64,000 bases of DNA from positions 140,803 through 204,802 of the forward strand of contig MEOE01000011.1 in assembly GCA_001768565.1 (NCBI GenBank), given 5' to 3'. Under the pieces are notes generated by a model. That model worked only from the letters and a program-made list of their open reading frames with translations, made no database searches and was not told where the DNA came from. This DNA comes from Bacteroidetes bacterium GWF2_33_16 (lineage in GTDB: Bacteria; Bacteroidota; Bacteroidia; Bacteroidales; UBA12077). The translations under genes and the position numbers were made by a program. Positions 54,803 through 62,005 of the stretch are shown here, in pieces (the stretch's first letter is position 1; the number at the start of each line of letters is the position of its first letter).

Positions 54803-55447
54803 ATGACAAAAACATATTATATTTTAGTTTTTCTTTCTTTGCTTTCATTTTATAGTTGCAGTGATGAAGAAGATTGCGTTGATAAGAAAGTTAGCGAAGC
54901 TAACTTAATGGCTACTACGAATGCTTTTCTTGATCAGTTTGTTGGAAAAACTATTGTATTTGTTGATTCATCAAATAATGAATTAAAATTTGTTTTTAGG
55001 AAAGATTCAAAACCATGCAATAATAAAATACTTTTAAATGCGATTTGCGGAACTCATGGATCACATATTGGTTGTGAGTATTTAGCTTTAGAATCTAGAG
55101 AAATTTCACTAACTAATTCAATTGAGGATTTAACAATTAAATATTATATTACAGTATCAGGTAAGGGAACCATTGCACTGAATGATACAATTTTATTTGA
55201 TGAATTGGATTTTTATGTATGGCAAAATAATTATACGTGTTTACCTTTTATGTGCTTAGTTATGTCATGGCGTGGAAATAATAACATTGATCCAATTTTC
55301 ACTGAGCCACCAGAAATTGATACTGTAATAATAAATCGACAATTTTGTAGTATTTATCGGGCAAATTATATTAAAGATCCTGCCTGTGTAGTGCCAGCAC
55401 CAAATTATCCGAGCGATATATATAAATATCTAAATGCCAAGGATTAA
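54803..55447 (+). CDS. hypothetical lipoprotein
   Basis: Lipobox (LLSFYSC). Cys-rich; I recognise no motif. Confidence 0.5.
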   Translation: MTKTYYILVFLSLLSFYSCSDEEDCVDKKVSEANLMATTNAFLDQFVGKTIVFVDSSNNELKFVFRKDSKPCNNKILLNAICGTHGSHIGCEYLALESREISLTNSIEDLTIKYYITVSGKGTIALNDTILFDELDFYVWQNNYTCLPFMCLVMSWRGNNNIDPIFTEPPEIDTVIINRQFCSIYRANYIKDPACVVPAPNYPSDIYKYLNAKD

Positions 55448-55533
55448 TAGCATTCAGAATGTTTAATGGAAATATGTGGCGTATTGATAGGATTGAATAG
55501 GAAAAATAATACATTAATTTAGGATCAGTAATA

Positions 55534-56061
55534 ATGAAAGAAAAAGTAAGGTATATTATCGGTTTTATTTTAGGATTTATAATATGTATCATTCTGGTTC
55601 CATTTGGTTTAGTTAAATTGTCTCACTTGGATTACTTATTATATAGTAAAATTTTGATTCCTTCTGATTTGTTACGATATATAATTTGTTCAATACTTTT
55701 TTTAGTTGGTGCATGGTTTGCAATCTGGTCAAATATTTTTTTATTAACAGTTGGTAAAGGTGGCCCATTGGATGGATTTGGAATAACCATTAGCCCTCGA
55801 ACAAGAAAACTGGTAACTGTTGGGCCATATAAATACTGCAGAAATCCAATGGTCTTTGGTGCTTTCTCTCTTTATCTTTCAATTGTGGTTTTTCTTAACT
55901 CAATTTTAGGTTTTATTCTTTTACTATTTTTTTTGGTTTTAGGAATTACTTATTTAAGATTTTCAGAAGAAAAGAGATTAATCAAGGACTTTGGAAATAA
56001 ATATTTAGAATATAGAAAAAAGGTTCCTATGATTTTTCCAATAAAACGAATAAGAAAATAA
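55534..56061 (+). CDS. isoprenylcysteine carboxyl methyltransferase (ICMT/PEMT)-family membrane methyltransferase
   Basis: LVTVGPYKYCRNPMVFGAFSLYLS and a C-terminal EEKRLIKDFGNKYLEYRKKV pattern. Confidence 0.7.
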   Translation: MKEKVRYIIGFILGFIICIILVPFGLVKLSHLDYLLYSKILIPSDLLRYIICSILFLVGAWFAIWSNIFLLTVGKGGPLDGFGITISPRTRKLVTVGPYKYCRNPMVFGAFSLYLSIVVFLNSILGFILLLFFLVLGITYLRFSEEKRLIKDFGNKYLEYRKKVPMIFPIKRIRK

Positions 56062-56124
56062 CAATTACAGCATCAGGGAAACTGCATAAAAAAATGGTTT
56101 TTCTCTAGTTTTTGATATTTTTAA

Positions 56125-56194
56125 ATTTAAACCTACCTTTGGTAGGCTGGCGTCAACTTTAAACTTTTATATTAATCTTTAATCTTATAACATT
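56125..56194. repeat. second copy of the hairpin + AACTTT-heptad intergenic element
   Basis: TTTAAACCTACC TTT GGTAGGC (hairpin 56132-56146), then AACTTTA AACTTTT at 56155-56168 and ATCTTTA ATCTTAT at 56175-56188. ATG at 56195. Confidence 0.75.
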
Positions 56195-56371
56195 ATGGAC
56201 AACACACAAAAAGTGCTCGATGCTATGAAAAAAGCAGGAAAAGCATTAAAAGCAGGAGAGATAGCCGAAATCGCCGGGATCGATAAAAAAGATGTTGATA
56301 AAGCAATGAATGTTCTTAAAAAGGACGGAAAGATAGTTTCTCCGAAAGTATGTTACTGGCAACCAAAATAA
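56195..56371 (+). CDS. 58-aa winged-helix-like small protein (not in the ORF track, below its length cut-off)
   Basis: My translation: MDNTQKVLDAMKKAGKALKAGEIAEIAGIDKKDVDKAMNVLKKDGKIVSPKVCYWQPK. It resembles small wHTH proteins. It is followed immediately by a strong terminator. Confidence 0.6.
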   Translation: MDNTQKVLDAMKKAGKALKAGEIAEIAGIDKKDVDKAMNVLKKDGKIVSPKVCYWQPK

Positions 56372-56397
56372 AAAATCCGGGTTTCCCGGATTTTTTA
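56372..56397. terminator. bidirectional rho-independent terminator
   Basis: AATCCGGG / CCCGGATT stem flanked by A5 and T6. Confidence 0.8.
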
Positions 56398-56400
56398 TTA

Positions 56401-56592
56401 TTAGCAATTTGTACACTGAAATACCATACAGGTTCTGGTGCAAATTCCACAACCAGTGCATTTGCTGTAATCAATCTCAGGAGCACTGTAAGAATTTTTC
56501 TGAACAATAGCACCCACAGGACATCTGTTCATGGAGGGACAATGGTGATTCTGGGGGCAAAACTGTTCGTTTACAACTATATTTTTCTTCAT
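56401..56592 (-). CDS. small Cys-rich 4Fe-4S ferredoxin-like protein
   Basis: CPQNHHCPSMNRCPVGAI and CTGCGICTRTC cluster motifs. 63 aa. It ends at the shared terminator. Confidence 0.6.
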   Translation of the reverse strand: MKKNIVVNEQFCPQNHHCPSMNRCPVGAIVQKNSYSAPEIDYSKCTGCGICTRTCMVFQCTNC

Positions 56593-56686
56593 TTTTGTAA
56601 TATTTTTAAATTCGTTGCAAAATTAATAGAATTTTTATATATTTATATATAGATATATAGATTATATTATAAATATAAGTAACATA

Positions 56687-57217
56687 TTAATCTACAAACC
56701 TATAAAGTTTTTTTAGTAGCTTTTCACCACGATTTTTAAACCCAGGGGTACCTTCGTTAAGTTGATTTTCAATTATTGCAATCAGTTCACCTGCAAGCAC
56801 AGGTTCAATTAAAACAAAGTTATATATTATTTCCATCGAAAACATTTTAACTGCAGTGGGAAACTTGGGATCTTCGAGCCAAAAAAAACATCTATCAATC
56901 AGCGTGCCCAACCGGTCTTCATCTAATGTCCGCAAATCAATAGATGATAAAATTTTGGTGCTATGCCTTCGTTGATTATCTTTTTTTGTTCGAGGTAAGA
57001 AATCAATCAAATCATTAATATACGGATTAATCAAATAGGGATATTTCAGCCATACTGTTTCAACTACCCAAAATGCTCTTCCCGAAACTAAGGTTTCTGC
57101 ATATAATGCTACATTCATTATCTCCTTAAAAAGGTCTTCATTATTTCCTATTATCGAAGCCATATAATCTGTATTTCGCTTCGAAAGCTCTGCCATCAGT
57201 TGGTCTTTGAAATTCAT
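56687..57217 (-). CDS. hypothetical all-helical protein (HEAT/AlkD-like appearance)
   Basis: 176-aa ORF with no competing frame. The resemblance to DNA alkylation repair HEAT-like proteins is only an impression. Confidence 0.35.
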   Translation of the reverse strand: MNFKDQLMAELSKRNTDYMASIIGNNEDLFKEIMNVALYAETLVSGRAFWVVETVWLKYPYLINPYINDLIDFLPRTKKDNQRRHSTKILSSIDLRTLDEDRLGTLIDRCFFWLEDPKFPTAVKMFSMEIIYNFVLIEPVLAGELIAIIENQLNEGTPGFKNRGEKLLKKLYRFVD

Positions 57218-57429
57218 TTCTTTTTCTTAAAACTTTCTAAAAATACGAAAGTCGAAAGAAACTTAATAAACTATTCTTGCAAAAATTTAAAAAAAACTAG
57301 GAGCAAAGGGAGTAAGGCGCAGAGCAATGTTTAAATAGAGTTTTTAAACTCCTTGCACTTTGATTTAAGCAGAAATATGGCGTTTGTAGTAAACATTCTT
57401 TGATTGTTTCTGTTTATAAAAGAAAAACT

Positions 57430-58038
57430 ATGAAGAGCATTCGAACATATATTTTTGTTTTGTTCTTTCTGCTAATGAACATAATAACAAATTCACAAAA
57501 TAAGGTAAAAATGGAAATTGCAACATTCGGATCGGGTTGTTTTTGGTGCAGCGAAGCTATATTCGAACAATTAAATGGTGTTGAATCGGCTGTATCAGGT
57601 TATTCGGGTGGAGAAACCGAAAATCCTGCATATGATCAAGTTTGCTCTGGTGAAACAGGTCATGCTGAAGTTATTCAGATTACTTTTAATCCAGAAATTA
57701 TCTCGTTTAAGGAATTACTCGAGGTTTTCTGGCAAACACATGATCCAACCACATTAAACAGGCAGGGAGCAGATGTTGGAACGCAATACAGGTCTGTTGT
57801 TTTTTATCATACTGATGAACAGAGAAAAATAGCCGAAGGTTATAAAAAGAAACTCGACGAAGCCAATATCTATTCAAAACCTATAGTTACTGAAATAAGC
57901 TCTTTTACTTCGTTTTATAAAGCTGAAGATTACCATCAGGATTATTACAATAACAATAAATTTCAACCTTATTGTTCGTTTACAATAACACCAAAGCTTG
58001 ATAAGTTTAAAAAAGTATTTAAAGAAAAAATTAAGTAA
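57430..58038 (+). CDS. msrA: peptide-methionine (S)-S-oxide reductase
   Basis: GCFWCSEAIF catalytic motif, GHAEVIQITF and YHQDYY. Signal peptide from Met11 (57430). Confidence 0.9.
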   Translation: MKSIRTYIFVLFFLLMNIITNSQNKVKMEIATFGSGCFWCSEAIFEQLNGVESAVSGYSGGETENPAYDQVCSGETGHAEVIQITFNPEIISFKELLEVFWQTHDPTTLNRQGADVGTQYRSVVFYHTDEQRKIAEGYKKKLDEANIYSKPIVTEISSFTSFYKAEDYHQDYYNNNKFQPYCSFTITPKLDKFKKVFKEKIK

Positions 58039-58139
58039 TATTTATAGCATTCAGATTCTTATAAAGGTGATTATTTTTCACATTATTATGAATATTAATT
58101 CTAAATAGTTAACTTTGTTTAAATTTTTAATCAAACATC

Positions 58140-58331
58140 ATGAAAGAAGGTATAGTAAAATTTTTTAACGAAACAAAAGGTTTCGGATTTATTAAAGAAA
58201 ATGGAACAAACGATGAGTATTTTGTACATGTTTCAGGTCTGGTTGATAAAATCAAAGAAAATGACGAAGTTACCTTTGATTTACAAGAAGGCAAAAAAGG
58301 ATTAATGGCAGTAAATGTTAAAAGAAAATAG
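58140..58331 (+). CDS. cold-shock protein (CspA family)
   Basis: GIVKFFNETKGFGFI (RNP1) and YFVHVS (RNP2). 63 aa. Confidence 0.9.
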   Translation: MKEGIVKFFNETKGFGFIKENGTNDEYFVHVSGLVDKIKENDEVTFDLQEGKKGLMAVNVKRK

Positions 58332-58361
58332 TTCCATATTTTATTTTACAAATTAATCTTA

Positions 58362-58391
58362 ACAGCTTCAATTAATTGAAGCTGTTTTTTT
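58362..58391 (+). terminator. rho-independent terminator of csp
   Basis: Perfect 24-nt palindrome ACAGCTTCAATTAATTGAAGCTGT followed by a T-run. Confidence 0.8.
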
Positions 58392-58420
58392 ATCTTTAAC
58401 TTTTAACTAATGAAATAAAT

Positions 58421-59590
58421 ATGGCAACTATTAAAGTAGATTGTATTGCATATCCTGCAGCGCCAGAGGATGTTTTTAAAAGAGGTGAAAAGATTTTACA
58501 TGAAAAACTTCCAGCCTTAAAATTCGAAACATCAAAAGCGAATCCTGAAATACTCTTTATTCTAACTGGAGGATCTGAGTATGAGGCAAAAATGGTTGTG
58601 GATAACTTAAAATATGTTTTAATACTTGCCATGAATGAAAACAATAGTTATGCCGCTGCTACAGAAATAAAAGCTTATTGTAACCAAAATAATATTGTTT
58701 CAATCCTAATTAATATTGACACGGAAGAAAACCTTTCTCGATTAATTGAATATTATTTATGCTCGAAACAAGCTATTTCAAAAATTAAAAAGTATAAACT
58801 TGGGCTTCTTGGAAACATCTCAAAATGGCTTATTGCTTCTGATATTCAAGGCAATGTGCTTAAAAGTAAATTTGATATTGAATTAGTAAAAATAGATTGG
58901 GAAAGCCACGAACAATATTCTGAATTTGAGATAAATAACCAATTTATTACTCATTTCAATAATTCTGATGGAATTGATTTAAAAGATTCATCAAAGGTTT
59001 ACAACTTAATTGAGCATATAATTAATGATAATAAGTTGGATGCAATTACTGTTGAATGCTTTCCAATGGTCAGGGAACATGCTGTTACTGCATGTCTTGC
59101 ATTATCAAAATTAAATAATGATTTATTTCCAGCTGGTTGTGAGGGAGATTTAACTGCTATTACAGGAATGATTATAGCCAAGGAATTAGTTGGTCAAGTA
59201 CCCTGGATGGCTAATTTGGTATCAATAAATAAAAACACCGTTTTTCTCGCACATTGCACTATTGCTACAAATCTTGTATCAAAATACAAAATAGCAACTC
59301 ACTTCGAAACTAATTCAGGTACAGCAGTTCAAGGTATTTTTGAAGCCAATGAAATAACAATTTTCCGATTCGATAAAAACCTGGAAAAAGCATTTATTGG
59401 AACTGGTATAGTAACAAGTAAACCAGATAGAAGTGATGCCTGCAGAACACAAATCGAGGTTGAATTACCTAATAATTCTATCGAATTGCTTAATGAACAG
59501 CCCTTAGGTAATCATCATTTAATTCTTCCTGGCAGATTCAAAGATATTCTTGAGTTTTTCTGTAAATTGAAACAAATAAAAGTTATTTAA
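58421..59590 (+). CDS. L-fucose/L-arabinose isomerase-like family protein
   Basis: The pattern ECFPMVREHAVTACLALSKL ... PAGCEGDLTA resembles the sugar-isomerase C-terminal core. Function uncertain. Confidence 0.45.
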   Translation: MATIKVDCIAYPAAPEDVFKRGEKILHEKLPALKFETSKANPEILFILTGGSEYEAKMVVDNLKYVLILAMNENNSYAAATEIKAYCNQNNIVSILINIDTEENLSRLIEYYLCSKQAISKIKKYKLGLLGNISKWLIASDIQGNVLKSKFDIELVKIDWESHEQYSEFEINNQFITHFNNSDGIDLKDSSKVYNLIEHIINDNKLDAITVECFPMVREHAVTACLALSKLNNDLFPAGCEGDLTAITGMIIAKELVGQVPWMANLVSINKNTVFLAHCTIATNLVSKYKIATHFETNSGTAVQGIFEANEITIFRFDKNLEKAFIGTGIVTSKPDRSDACRTQIEVELPNNSIELLNEQPLGNHHLILPGRFKDILEFFCKLKQIKVI

Positions 59591-59599
59591 ACATAAATT

Positions 59600-60073
59600 T
59601 TGAATTCACAACTTATTGAAATATATACTGATGGAAGCTGCAATCCAAAATTTAAAATAGGTGGATGGGCAGCCATTATTTTTATTAGCAACAACAAACT
59701 TGTTTTGAAGGGAGTAGAAAATGAAACTACACATAACAGAATGGAAATGCTTGCTGTAATAAACTCATTAAAACATGTGTTGAATGAAATTCCAAATCCA
59801 AAATTAATTAATATATATACTGATAGTCAGTATGTTGCAGAAATCCCAAGAAGAGCAAAAAAACTAGTCTCCAAAAAATTTACATCAAATAGCGGGAATC
59901 TCATTCAGAATAGTGACTTAGTCAAAAAGCTAATTCAACTTTTAGAATCTTTCAATATTGAATTTATAAAGGTAAAGGCTCATCAAAAGACATCAGATTT
60001 AATAAATTACAATCGTGAAGTGGATATGCTTTGCAGAAAAATAGTACGTCAGCAAATCAATAAAACACTTTAA
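59600..60073 (+). CDS. rnhA: ribonuclease HI
   Basis: IYTDGSC, GGWAAII, TTHNRMEMLAVINSL, IYTDSQYV and VKAHQ ... NREVDMLC motifs. TTG start. Confidence 0.85.
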   Translation: MNSQLIEIYTDGSCNPKFKIGGWAAIIFISNNKLVLKGVENETTHNRMEMLAVINSLKHVLNEIPNPKLINIYTDSQYVAEIPRRAKKLVSKKFTSNSGNLIQNSDLVKKLIQLLESFNIEFIKVKAHQKTSDLINYNREVDMLCRKIVRQQINKTL

Positions 60074-60083
60074 TTAGATAAAA

Positions 60084-60105
60084 AAACCCGGAAATTACCG
60101 GGTTT
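60084..60105. terminator. bidirectional terminator (stronger on the minus strand)
   Basis: AAACCCGG / CCGGGTTT stem. On the minus strand it is followed by T7. Confidence 0.7.
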
Positions 60106-60113
60106 AATTAAAT

Positions 60114-60251
60114 CTAACTCTGATGAAGTCTTGGTTTTCTTGCATGTTTTAATTCCTCATGTTTTGCTTTCTTTTCGGCTCGTCTTTCTTTTAAGCTTTT
60201 GGCTGGAGCTTTCTTTTTTTTACCGTCATTAATAGTTTTTTCGTGTGACAT
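60114..60251 (-). CDS. 45-aa highly basic small protein (not in the ORF track)
   Basis: My translation: MSHEKTINDGKKKKAPAKSLKERRAEKKAKHEELKHARKPRLHQS. The stop lies 9 nt from the hairpin that carries a T7 run on this strand. Confidence 0.4.
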   Translation of the reverse strand: MSHEKTINDGKKKKAPAKSLKERRAEKKAKHEELKHARKPRLHQS

Positions 60252-60735
60252 AACTAATAATTTTTGATTAATACTTAACTAAACATCGGTAGATTTATTT
60301 TTTAATAAAAATAAGATACTTATTATTTGATGTCAAATATTTTGATTCCTAATTTTAACATTTTTTTAACCATTATAGATATTCTAGAATAATTTTATGC
60401 AAGTATTTTCATAATTAAGTCAATTTCAAAATACAATTTGATTATAAAAGGAGATAGGCTTTTTTAATTTTCTGATGGATTCTATATTCAACTTTTGGGA
60501 ATCTTTTAAAATTAGGTTATATCAAATTACTAATAATCTTTTTATTTAAAAATACTAATATAAAACCTAATGAAAAATCAGAATTTTTTGAAGTTAAATT
60601 TTATTACAGAAATTTAGATAACCCTCAAGTTGATTACATTCTAATTATTGGATTTAAATAATAAGTATCTTTACAAACAGACCATATCTGAGTCCAATAA
60701 TTAATATTATGTTAAATAAGATATATAAGAATAAA

Positions 60736-60766
60736 GGGAAACAAATTTGTTTCCCCTATTTTTTTA
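60736..60766. terminator. terminator hairpin downstream of the TPR gene
   Basis: Perfect 20-nt palindrome GGGAAACAAATTTGTTTCCC (60736-60755). The plus strand continues CTATTTTTTT; the minus strand continues TTTATTCTT. Confidence 0.6.
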
Positions 60767-61927
60767 TTCTTCTAGTTTCTTTATAAGCCCCTCATATTTT
60801 TCAGTAAGCTTCAATCTATAATATAAATTCTTAAGTGTATTAGCTATACTTACATCGTCTGGATGTAATTCAAATGCTTTTTCAATAAATGGTAATGATT
60901 CTTCGAATTTCTGATCTGCGATTAATTTGGCAGCTTCATATTTTTTATTGTCTTTAATTTGATTTGCAACATCAGTTAATGCAACTGCTTCATTAAAATA
61001 AATAACACCTAAATTATAATAAGCTTCAAAAAACTCTGAATTCATCTCAATAGCTTTTTTATAACTATTTTTTGCATCATCTGTTTTGCCCATTTTATCA
61101 TACAAATGTCCTTTTGCAGAATAAAAATGTGCGTTTGTTGGATCTTTTTCAATTGCAACTTCCAAGTATTTAAACGCTTCTTCAACGTTCTCTTCTTCAA
61201 GAATATAATAATTGATAATTAATCCAAGTAATCCTTGACTTGAAGGATATTTCTCGAATCCAATTTTAAGCGTTTTCAAATATGAATCAACATCACCTTT
61301 TGCTTTATAACATTCAGCAAGCAAAGCATATGTATCACCTTCTCCATAACCATATATTACTGATTCTTCGTAATATTTGATTGCATTATCCCAATCACTG
61401 CTACGTTGTGCCATTAATCCTGCATTAAATATTAAGGCAGTATCAATTGCTCCACCAAAAATTGGCATTTGCCCTGCTTCAACAGCTTTTTCGAAATATT
61501 TAAATGCATCAGGATAATTTTCTGCATTATATGATTCAATGCCTTTATTTACTAATGTTCCAGATAGCGATGTAAGTAAGAAGTCAATATCCGTTTTATA
61601 AGCTTTGCCTCCCTCCATATAATAGGTCTTTTTAAAATTATCAAATGCTTTAATGAAAGGATAGTCAACTAAATCTTTAAATTCCGGAGCTTGGCTATTT
61701 CCAATTGCTTGATAAACCATTGCATATGAGTAATATGTTTTGGCCCAGTCTTTTGTCTCATCATTGGTTGCAGCTACATTTAGGGCTTTTAATGCTGTAT
61801 CTAATTTAGCACCTTGTTGAGCCCATGTATAGGCTTTATTAACTAATTTCTTTTGTGCAAAACTAGAGGTTGTAACCATCATTGCAGCAGTAACAATGAG
61901 TATTGATAAAAAATAATACTTTTTCAT
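60764..61927 (-). CDS. tetratricopeptide-repeat (TPR) secreted protein
   Basis: Signal peptide (ILIVTAAMMVTTSSFA), then repeated TPR-like A/Y/L patterns (AIKYYEESV, ALLAECYKAKGD, YYNLGVIYF). Confidence 0.8.
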   Translation of the reverse strand: MKKYYFLSILIVTAAMMVTTSSFAQKKLVNKAYTWAQQGAKLDTALKALNVAATNDETKDWAKTYYSYAMVYQAIGNSQAPEFKDLVDYPFIKAFDNFKKTYYMEGGKAYKTDIDFLLTSLSGTLVNKGIESYNAENYPDAFKYFEKAVEAGQMPIFGGAIDTALIFNAGLMAQRSSDWDNAIKYYEESVIYGYGEGDTYALLAECYKAKGDVDSYLKTLKIGFEKYPSSQGLLGLIINYYILEEENVEEAFKYLEVAIEKDPTNAHFYSAKGHLYDKMGKTDDAKNSYKKAIEMNSEFFEAYYNLGVIYFNEAVALTDVANQIKDNKKYEAAKLIADQKFEESLPFIEKAFELHPDDVSIANTLKNLYYRLKLTEKYEGLIKKLEE

Positions 61928-62005
61928 TTCTGTTTAGATTTTTGTTATTAATTTTTTTTCAAAAATAAGATAATTAAATATTTTGACAAATTTATCTTGC
62001 CATTT

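Noticed and set aside
56246-56652. Three overlapping ORFs of 65-100 aa (56246-56461 -, 56316-56513 -, 56350-56652 +)
   Set aside because: All run through the GC-rich bidirectional terminator at 56372-56397. They conflict with two shorter ORFs that have recognisable protein motifs and end at that terminator.
56593-56686. TA-rich low-complexity stretch (ATATATTTATATATAGATATATAGATTATATTATAAATATAAG)
   Set aside because: It is a simple (TA)-like sequence in an AT-rich genome between two co-directional genes, with no defined repeat unit or palindrome beyond composition.
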